A stretch of DNA of 38,501 nt, from NCBI GenBank assembly GCA_028282585.1, contig JANQHR010000125.1, forward strand, positions 1-38,501, read 5' to 3'. Both the position numbers and the translations under genes were made by a program. Source of the stretch: Bacteroidales bacterium (GTDB lineage: Bacteria; Bacteroidota; Bacteroidia; Bacteroidales; UBA12077). Shown here piece after piece: positions 27,783 through 35,396 of this stretch (position 1 is the stretch's first letter; every line of letters begins with the position of its first letter). The notes under the pieces are model-generated. The model was not told where the DNA came from and did no database searches. It worked only from the letters and a program-made list of their open reading frames with translations.

Positions 27783-28931
27783 ATGGAAATATTAGAGAAA
27801 AAAGACAAAAAAGATATAGATCAGATTATAAATCATTTCGCAGAAAATGAAGAAGATATAGAAATCATCAAGCAAGTTAAAAAAGTTTATCCAGTAAAAT
27901 ACACATCATTTTTAGCAGAATTATTTTTAAAATCTGAAGCTATCAGAAAACAATTTTTACCCTCTCCACTTGAGCTTAAAACCAATGGTACACCTACCCC
28001 GTTTGAAGAAGGCAAGAAAGCATCAAAAACTTATGGGTTAGAAAGATTATATCGCGATAGAGTATTAATTACACCACATTTTGACTGTCCTGCATATTGC
28101 CGTTTTTGCTATAAAAAAAGCAGAGTAATGCGTAATAAACCTTCAATGACCTTTGAAGAAATTAATGCTGTAGTAAGCGAAGTTAGCAAAATGAAAGAAG
28201 TTAGAGGAGCACTAATAACCGGAGGTGAGCCATTTCTCGACCAAGATAAGTTATTTTATCTACTTGATAAATTAATTGAGTTAAACAATATTAAAGAGAT
28301 AAGAATTGGTACCAGGACACTTCTTACGATGCCGGAAATATATACAGAAGATTTATGTTTTAAGCTTTCTACGTATAATCAAATTAATTCTTCTGATCCT
28401 GAAAAAAGTAAATATTTAGCCATTAATGTTCATTTTAATCATCCCGATGAACTGGTACCGGAAGTAATACAAGCTTGTAACAAACTTACCTCAAGAGGAA
28501 TCATATTACGCAATCAGACTGTACTTTTAAAAGGAATAAACGATAATATAGCAACCATGTCGCGGCTGTTTCAATTATTAATCAGAAATAATATTATTCC
28601 TTACTATATGAATCATTGTATGCCAGTTGAAGGAAGTGACCATCTTAGAACATCAGTACAAAAAGGGTTAGATATTTATAAGTTTTTATGTACCGAATCC
28701 TCAACTGCGATCCCTCATTATGTTTATGCACCTAGTGGAGGAAAGGTTCATGTTGGACCTGATACGAAATTTGAATACGTTCATGACAAGCATATTCGAT
28801 ACATAAAAGTAAAAACATTATATAAAGCTGAGGAATTCAAGAAAATTGCTAAAAAAGAACTTCCTCCGATGCATGAAGTAACAGAAGACGGCTATATTCA
28901 AGGATTATACATCGATGGAAAAGACGAATAA
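27783..28931 (+). CDS. KamA-family PLP-dependent radical SAM enzyme (divergent 2,3-aminomutase-like; substrate probably not lysine)
   Basis: C102xxxC106xxC109; IRKQFLP, Y.DRVL, ITGGEP, IRIGTR, HFNHPDE, NQTVLLKGINDN, PYY; GGK321 PLP lysine. Confidence 0.9.
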   Translation: MEILEKKDKKDIDQIINHFAENEEDIEIIKQVKKVYPVKYTSFLAELFLKSEAIRKQFLPSPLELKTNGTPTPFEEGKKASKTYGLERLYRDRVLITPHFDCPAYCRFCYKKSRVMRNKPSMTFEEINAVVSEVSKMKEVRGALITGGEPFLDQDKLFYLLDKLIELNNIKEIRIGTRTLLTMPEIYTEDLCFKLSTYNQINSSDPEKSKYLAINVHFNHPDELVPEVIQACNKLTSRGIILRNQTVLLKGINDNIATMSRLFQLLIRNNIIPYYMNHCMPVEGSDHLRTSVQKGLDIYKFLCTESSTAIPHYVYAPSGGKVHVGPDTKFEYVHDKHIRYIKVKTLYKAEEFKKIAKKELPPMHEVTEDGYIQGLYIDGKDE

Positions 28932-28968
28932 ACTAATAAATTGAACTAAACCACACCATATATTTTGC

Positions 28969-29006
28969 AAGTACAGGACAAGTATTGTTCTGTACTTACT
29001 TTTTTT
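28969..29006 (+). terminator. Intercistronic hairpin/terminator between the radical SAM and LLM genes
   Basis: AAGTACAGGACAA-GTA-TTGTTCTGTACTT 13-bp stem, then AC and T7. Confidence 0.65.
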
Positions 29007-29025
29007 AAGATGACATTCATTACCT

Positions 29026-30039
29026 ATGCATTCTAACAGAAAATTTTACGTTGCACTACAAGGAAATTATTCTCCTCGTTCTTACATCAAACTAGCAAAA
29101 TACATTGAGCAACTAGGTTTTGACCGAATATACATTTATGATGACCTGTTTTATTATCCCTCTATTCCAATATTAACTCTAATTGCCGAACATACAAACA
29201 AAATTGAATTAGGCCCCTGTTTACTTAATGGATTTTACAGGCACCCTGCCATTATTACAAGCAGTATTTTAGCTTTAAATGAACTTGCTTCTGATAGGGT
29301 AATATTAGGTTTGGGTAGAGGCGCATTTTACGATTTTCTAGGCTTGGATAGTTCTGAAGAGTCAACACGTATGGCTTTTAAAGAAAATATCCTTCTTATA
29401 AAACATTTTTTACAGAATAAAAGAAATTCTTTTAATGGAAAATATTTTAAAGCTAATGAAAACGCCTTCTTAAGAATTAAATCGGCAAACATTCCTTTAA
29501 TAGCCGGCACATGGAATGAGGATATGGCATATATAACCGGACAATTTTGTAATGAAATTCAAATCGCAGATGTATGGGATACTGAATACTTAAATCGTTT
29601 ACAAAACAGTTTTTTAATTGGAAATTGTGAAACGAATTTAATTGATGAGCCAAAATTCTCAATTGGTGGTATATGTTGTGTTTCCGAAAATGAAGAAAAA
29701 TGCTTAAAAAAAGTGACCGAAACTACAATCGTTTATCTGCCCTACCTGACACGAATTTTAGACAGATGCGGAGTAAATTATAGCAAGAAAGATATTCAAA
29801 CAATATCAAATTTATCCAAAGCCGGTAAAATCCAGGAAGCTTCTAAATATGTTACTGAAGAAATGATAAACACTTTAACCATTTGGGGGACACCGAAAAA
29901 TGTTGTTAAAAAAATAAATAATACCCTAAATAAAGTTGAAGCAGACTCTATTATGTTTTCTGTTCCATTTGGTATTGAAGATTCGGTTGAAAAAAACCTT
30001 CGGTTAATCAAAGAAAAAGTAATCCCTTATATTAAGTAA
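29026..30039 (+). CDS. LLM-class (luciferase-like/Mer-like) flavin- or F420-dependent oxidoreductase
   Basis: LAKYIEQLGFDRIYIYDD...IAEHTNKIELGP..N.FYRHPAII......L.EL...RVILGLGRG; C-terminal GTP..V motif. Confidence 0.85.
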   Translation: MHSNRKFYVALQGNYSPRSYIKLAKYIEQLGFDRIYIYDDLFYYPSIPILTLIAEHTNKIELGPCLLNGFYRHPAIITSSILALNELASDRVILGLGRGAFYDFLGLDSSEESTRMAFKENILLIKHFLQNKRNSFNGKYFKANENAFLRIKSANIPLIAGTWNEDMAYITGQFCNEIQIADVWDTEYLNRLQNSFLIGNCETNLIDEPKFSIGGICCVSENEEKCLKKVTETTIVYLPYLTRILDRCGVNYSKKDIQTISNLSKAGKIQEASKYVTEEMINTLTIWGTPKNVVKKINNTLNKVEADSIMFSVPFGIEDSVEKNLRLIKEKVIPYIK

Positions 30040-30057
30040 TAAGGGAGCTTAGTAATT

Positions 30058-31095
30058 TCATGTGGTTAACTTTTTCTTAATTAAATCCACAAACTTATGT
30101 ATATCCTCCTCTTGAGTATCAAATGATGTCATCCAACGTACTTCATTTTTTGACTCATCCCAATCATAAAAAAAATACTCCATCTTCAATTCTTCTATTA
30201 TTTCTCTTGAAGGAACAATTGCAAAAACACCATTCGCATCTACTTCCTGGGTTATTTTTATTTGAGGAATTTCTTTTATTTGGTCTGCTAATAATTGAGC
30301 CATTTTATTGGAATGTTTCGCATTTCTATACCATAGGTCATCACTAAGATATCGTTCAAATTGAGCCGAAATAAAACGCATTTTAGACGCTAATTGCATT
30401 CCTTGTTTGCGTACATATTTAAAGTTTTCTCCTAAATCCTTATTCAGAAATAAAATTGCTTCTCCATACATCATTCCGTTTTTAGTACCACCGAATGACA
30501 GAATATCTACACCAACATCTTTGGTAAATTCTTTGAAACCTAAGCCTAACTTTACGGCAGCATTAGCTATTCGAGCACCATCCATATGTACATACATATT
30601 GTTTTGGTGGGCAAAGTCAGATAGAGCTTTTATTTCATCAACAGTATAAACCGTTCCTAATTCCGTAGCTTGTGTTATAGAAATTACTTTGGGCTGCGAA
30701 TGATGCTCAAATCCAAAACCGTGCATATGTTTTTGAATTAATTCAACGCTTAATTTACCGTCCGGAGTTTCGACAGAAAGCAATTTAAAACCATTAAATT
30801 TTTCAGGCGCACCGCACTCATCCACATTAATATGAGAAGTTTCGGCACAAATTACAGAATTCCACGAACTGGTTGCAGCATTTAAACCTAAGACATTTGC
30901 AGCGGTTCCAATGAAAACAAAATAGATATCTATATCATCGCCAAAATGATCGTATAACTTTTGTTTTGCTCTTTCGGTATAAGCATCATCGCCATAAGCA
31001 ATAGTATGGCCTTCATTAGCGTCAATCATAGCTTTCATAATCTCAGGATGCACTCCCGAATTATTATCGCTTGCAAAACCTCTTTTATTTATCAT
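30058..31095 (-). CDS. ltaE: Low-specificity L-threonine aldolase
   Basis: FASDNNSGVHP, GTAAN, HINVDECGA, HMDGAR, FGGTKNG (PLP Lys). Confidence 0.9.
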   Translation of the reverse strand: MINKRGFASDNNSGVHPEIMKAMIDANEGHTIAYGDDAYTERAKQKLYDHFGDDIDIYFVFIGTAANVLGLNAATSSWNSVICAETSHINVDECGAPEKFNGFKLLSVETPDGKLSVELIQKHMHGFGFEHHSQPKVISITQATELGTVYTVDEIKALSDFAHQNNMYVHMDGARIANAAVKLGLGFKEFTKDVGVDILSFGGTKNGMMYGEAILFLNKDLGENFKYVRKQGMQLASKMRFISAQFERYLSDDLWYRNAKHSNKMAQLLADQIKEIPQIKITQEVDANGVFAIVPSREIIEELKMEYFFYDWDESKNEVRWMTSFDTQEEDIHKFVDLIKKKLTT

Positions 31096-31104
31096 AGAAA
31101 TTAA

Positions 31105-31130
31105 ATTTTAGATTTTAGATTTTAGATTTT
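31105..31130. repeat. Heptamer tandem repeat (ATTTTAG) x3.7
   Basis: Directly visible; degenerate complementary units (AAATCT-like) at 31181-31201. Confidence 0.75.
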
Positions 31131-31215
31131 ATTCGTTTTCTTTTACTTTTTGTTCAATAAATCTTCGAAAACAAACTTTTAAATCTTCAATCTACAAATC
31201 TTGATAAGATAGATT

Positions 31216-32847
31216 TTAAAATTTCTCGTCGTATTTTGTCCAAATAAAATCACCTAGTTTCCAAGCTTCATCAACAACTTTATTTCCCCACTCATTGGAA
31301 TATTTAGTAACATAATCAATTGTTTTTTGAGGATTTTTCTTGTCATAAAGTCTTAAGGCTTCTTCCTCGAATGACTTTTGTTTTTCGAATAATTCCTTTT
31401 GCATTGGATCCCAAACAGCATCAACATCATGCCTTATATCACCCCAACGTTGAGCAGCTAATGTTCCCATACGATTAAAAGCCCACCATGCCGATTCTCT
31501 TGTATATCCATTTATACGCCCCGGGATTTTATAAGACTCCGGCAGATCAGTTGTACTGCAATAGACAGGTATATAAATCGAAGTTGCAACGTTATCTTGA
31601 GCTAACCAAACCAAACCTCCGATTTCATCGGGTAACCAATCGCGGCATTGAATAATAGTAGCATACATAGTATACCAACGCGCTATGGTTCTTTCTCCAA
31701 GAAAATCAATGTGCCCGGTTTCTTCATCAACATGATACCAACCACCACTTACATTTGAAATTTCCAGTTGATCGTAAGGCATAAAAGGATTAGCTAATGG
31801 CGATACTATGGTTTTTCCATCTTTATCAGTCGCTTTTATGCTTCTTGTCATATCATATGGAGTTCCTTCATAATAATCTTTAAATACCATTACTAAATCT
31901 TCCAAAGAAACTTTTTTGTCTGGTTTAACCGAAAATGGGTAATTTTCATCATTTGGGTTTAATTTTAAAGATGGTGCTAATAAATCAAATACTCTCCATT
32001 CGCGTCTTCGAGCTGCTAATGATTTTCTACTTTCAGGTGCATATGCATAACAAAACCTGAAAGTTTCACCTTCTTTCCACCATCCGTTTTCTTTTGCAAC
32101 ATCATAAACATTTTCCGAAGCCATAAAATAATCTGGTCGAGAAAGGTCTATTTCTTTGATAGTACTTGCGTTTACACTAACAGAAATATGATCATCCGGA
32201 ACTCGCTGTGCTACCCAAACTCCGCCAACTTTTCCTTTTCCAGGTCCAACAATTTCAAGGTGCCAAACTTCCTTAGGATCAGCTATAGTTAAACATTCTC
32301 CATAATCGTTCCAACCATATTCTTTAATAAGTTCTCCTGCCATTTTTATTGCTTCGCGAGCTGTGGTGCATCGTTCAACCATTATTTTACATAATCTTTG
32401 ACAATCGATTAAGCCTTCATCAGACTGAAGCTCATCTCTCCCTCCAAATGTAGATTCTCCAATACCAAGCTGTTTTTCATTCATACAAGGATATGCAGTA
32501 TTAATAAATTGGTACGTATGTTCTACCTGTGGTATCTCACCAATTTTATCGTGCTTATATGCGGGCATAGCTTTTGTATTATCTGCGGTTCGTTTATACA
32601 TTGGAACCATATCTCCTACTTGGTGATCCATGGCTGGTTGAATATCCATCCAAGAACGGGTTCTATGACTATCATCTGTATGTGAGGTAATTACAGAACC
32701 ATCAACAGAAGCTAATTTACCTACTGTTATAGAAGTACAGCCTTCAGGAACTCCTCCCTCCCAGTCGCTTTTATCTTGTGCATTTAATGTGCTAACTAAT
32801 AAAATGGTTAAGCTTAGAGCCAAAAAATGACAAACTATTGTTTTCAT
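31216..32847 (-). CDS. C69-family dipeptidase (Ntn hydrolase), secreted
   Basis: Signal peptide then CTSITVGK..S.DGS nucleophile motif; MNEKQLGIGEST; TAREAI; IADPKEVW. Confidence 0.9.
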   Translation of the reverse strand: MKTIVCHFLALSLTILLVSTLNAQDKSDWEGGVPEGCTSITVGKLASVDGSVITSHTDDSHRTRSWMDIQPAMDHQVGDMVPMYKRTADNTKAMPAYKHDKIGEIPQVEHTYQFINTAYPCMNEKQLGIGESTFGGRDELQSDEGLIDCQRLCKIMVERCTTAREAIKMAGELIKEYGWNDYGECLTIADPKEVWHLEIVGPGKGKVGGVWVAQRVPDDHISVSVNASTIKEIDLSRPDYFMASENVYDVAKENGWWKEGETFRFCYAYAPESRKSLAARRREWRVFDLLAPSLKLNPNDENYPFSVKPDKKVSLEDLVMVFKDYYEGTPYDMTRSIKATDKDGKTIVSPLANPFMPYDQLEISNVSGGWYHVDEETGHIDFLGERTIARWYTMYATIIQCRDWLPDEIGGLVWLAQDNVATSIYIPVYCSTTDLPESYKIPGRINGYTRESAWWAFNRMGTLAAQRWGDIRHDVDAVWDPMQKELFEKQKSFEEEALRLYDKKNPQKTIDYVTKYSNEWGNKVVDEAWKLGDFIWTKYDEKF

Positions 32848-32892
32848 GATACGTTTTTTTTAATTAGTCTGCCAATTTAATAAAACTGTTTC

Positions 32893-33366
32893 CTATTTCA
32901 TAAGTTTTTTTCCAGTTTTGAGGTAATGGTTGATAGCATTTTTCCACCAGTTCATACTATCATTAAATGATTTGTCTAATTCGTTCTTTATCCAATGATT
33001 CCTTTCTTCGTTTAGTCCGGTATATTCGTAGGTAATATTAGAGGTTGTTGTATCTTTTTCATTTTCTTCTAAGAAAATTATAATTTTTACTACTTCCTGT
33101 TTAGGGGTTACTCTTAAGAATTCAACTTTGAAATTTTTAACATCATGTTCCGTTACATACCATATTGTTTCCTCATTTTCATGGTATGGTGTTGAGAATA
33201 CACAGCCTTTTTCAATTACGCCTGATTTCGAATAGATCATTTTATACTCCCAGCCATCAATCCAGTTTTTTTCCTTTACCGGACAAAGCAGAGGAAAAAC
33301 TTTTGCCGGTTTGGCATGATTAATTTGACTGTAAGTTTTTGTTACCTTGATTCCTTTAAATCCCAT
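32893..33366 (-). CDS. SRPBCC/START-like domain protein
   Basis: Pattern VFPLLCPVKE..W..GW, F.T, W.V, and W..AINHYL.TG. Confidence 0.6.
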   Translation of the reverse strand: MGFKGIKVTKTYSQINHAKPAKVFPLLCPVKEKNWIDGWEYKMIYSKSGVIEKGCVFSTPYHENEETIWYVTEHDVKNFKVEFLRVTPKQEVVKIIIFLEENEKDTTTSNITYEYTGLNEERNHWIKNELDKSFNDSMNWWKNAINHYLKTGKKLMK

Positions 33367-33809
33367 TATAGTTTATATTTTGGTTATAATTATTCCTATC
33401 TCAAGTTTTTACAGGATTACCTTTTGCTGCCTCCCTGGATATTAAATAAACAGTTATATTGAATAGTTTACAGGCCTGATAATGCAAAACGTAATTTTAA
33501 TATTTTAACTAAATTAAGAAATAGTCTTTTTATTAAACTTTGAAAAGTAAATTTTGAAATCATTTGCTTTTAGGTTTTATAATATTTTAAGGTAATTACA
33601 TGCTACTTTTAATGCATAAAAACTATAAAAACGTTAAACAAACGGTGCTAATGTATGAAAGTTGTTTGAAGTTTGTTAAAAAATGTTATAACAATATTCG
33701 AAACCGGGAATAAAGGGAGATGGAGATTTTGTCAATAGAATGACTTAGGGTGGATTCTAAACCAAACGAGAGCTGTTGTTGAGTAGCTTTTTTATAAGTT
33801 AGTGTAAAC

Positions 33810-34070
33810 ATGAAATTTGTTCTTTTGTTATATACTATATATTGAAAAAACATTTTCAAAAAGAAGAAAATAGCATACTTTCCATAATTGCCCACACTTG
33901 CAGTATTTCTATACTCTTATGAATCAAACAACATAATTCATCATGGTATTTTTGGCATGAACAACATACGACAAAATGGATACTCACAACTAAATGTAGA
34001 ATGGAATTTCTATTAGCATCAATATATTGAATTTGACAGCTTGGGAAATCTTGATACGATTTCTTTTATA
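33810..34070 (+). pseudogene. Possible decayed gene remnant
   Basis: Protein-like stretches (LPTLAVFLYSYESNN..., HQYIEFDSLGNLDTI) in one frame interrupted by stops; weak. Confidence 0.2.
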
Positions 34071-34499
34071 TCATTGACTCGCACTATGGATTTTGCTTCC
34101 CACATTAGCCGTAATAGAGTTTATTATTTCAGTTTTGTTTTTTTCAAGTTTTTCCAAGAATTCGGGGCTTACGTTTAGGCCATCCTTGTGCTTTGATGAC
34201 CATAATATAATCTCGACCAAGATTGGAATAAGATCCAGTCCTTTCTCTGTCATTGAATAAACTTTCTGAGTTCTCTGCTTTTCATAGACTTTTGATTCAA
34301 TTATTCCTAGATTTTCTAATCTTTTTAGTCGATCTGAGAGGATATTAGTTGCTATTCCCTCTTTCGAGATTAGAAACTCCTTATAAAATTTTTTCCCTTC
34401 AAAAACCAAATCCCGAATAACCAGCAAAGTCCACTTATCACCTAAGTATTCAAGCGCATAGTTTATGGGGCAATTAGATCGTAAATCATCTTTTTTCAT
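34071..34499 (-). CDS. HxlR-family winged-helix transcriptional regulator
   Basis: RSNCPI..ALEYLGDKWTLLVIRDL; GIATNILSDRLKRL; Y.MTEKG.DL.PIL; ATG 34499 preferred. Confidence 0.92.
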   Translation of the reverse strand: MKKDDLRSNCPINYALEYLGDKWTLLVIRDLVFEGKKFYKEFLISKEGIATNILSDRLKRLENLGIIESKVYEKQRTQKVYSMTEKGLDLIPILVEIILWSSKHKDGLNVSPEFLEKLEKNKTEIINSITANVGSKIHSASQ

Positions 34500-34505
34500 A
34501 TAATC

Positions 34506-34559
34506 ACTTGTTTTTTGCAAGTAAATACATTATGTTTGCATCACTTGCATTTTGCAAGT
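34506..34559. promoter_or_regulatory. Two HxlR-type operator palindromes flanking a TAtgTTTG promoter
   Basis: ACTTGTTTTTTGCAAGT (34506-34522), perfect-armed ACTTGCA-TTT-TGCAAGT (34543-34559), -7 element at 34531-34538. Confidence 0.75.
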
Positions 34560-34598
34560 TAGTGAAAATTTATTTAAAAACATCAAAAAATATAAAAA

Positions 34599-35078
34599 AT
34601 GGAAACATTAAAAGTAGATTTAGAAAAGCTTAAAAAACCGACATGGAGCGAGGAAGAATTAAAAAATGCAGAATTGGTAAGTGATTTCATTCAGCATTTA
34701 ATGAATGATCATGATTTTGAATACATCAAAGAAAAATTTGGGAACCACCCATACAAACAACACAATCAAAGTATGACAGATGGAATAACAGGAGTACTGC
34801 AAGTGATATCAAATTTTGCAAAAAGATTCCCTGACTACATGTATGATGTCAAACATTTCTATGTTGATGGGCCCTATGTAACTGTTCATTCACATGCAAC
34901 CAATAATAAAAAACACCGCGGAAATCCTCAAAAAGGTTTGAACATTATGGACATCTGGAAAGTTGAAAATGGTTTAATAACAGAGCATTGGGATGCTGTG
35001 CAACCTATTCATGGTTCTATGAGGTTTCTATTCTGGATGATTGGAGGAAAATTCAGAAATAAGAATACCTATTTCTAA
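34599..35078 (+). CDS. SnoaL-like/NTF2-family protein (polyketide/ester cyclase-like)
   Basis: YKQHN...DG..G; VDGPYVTVHSH; MDIWKVENGLITEHWD. Confidence 0.85.
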   Translation: METLKVDLEKLKKPTWSEEELKNAELVSDFIQHLMNDHDFEYIKEKFGNHPYKQHNQSMTDGITGVLQVISNFAKRFPDYMYDVKHFYVDGPYVTVHSHATNNKKHRGNPQKGLNIMDIWKVENGLITEHWDAVQPIHGSMRFLFWMIGGKFRNKNTYF

Positions 35079-35396
35079 GTAGCATACCAATGAGCTTAAT
35101 ATAGCTTATTGATGTACATTAATTAACTGGTTTGAGGTTGGTAATCGTGTAATTGTTATTAACAGCCCTGCGTTAGGTTAAGTACCCATATTTTAATTTT
35201 CAACACTTGTCCCAACACATGCATTACCATCTTTTTCCCATTCAACTACATCCCTTGAAAACCTTTTTAAGTTTTTATTAAAGCTATCTTCCTTGTTAAA
35301 GGAAGAAATTACAACTCAAAAAAAAAGGTTCTGGCAATCTGCTTAAAATGTTATAAAGAAAAAGTATATGGTATGAATTAAAGAGTTTTATTAAAA

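Noticed and set aside
27783-28931. Naming the gene kamA, ablA, epmB or eam
   Set aside because: Specificity residues and genomic context match none of these
30058-31095. ltaE as a third member of the radical SAM-LLM unit
   Set aside because: Convergent orientation and a common housekeeping-type gene; adjacency alone is insufficient
33686-33895. 69-aa minus-strand ORF
   Set aside because: GTG start, no motif, lies in a degenerate intergenic region; not supportable as a gene
35180-35340. Short minus-strand protein-like fragment (…FSRDVVEWEKDGNACVGTSVEN)
   Set aside because: No in-frame ATG and no recognisable family; too weak to call a pseudogene
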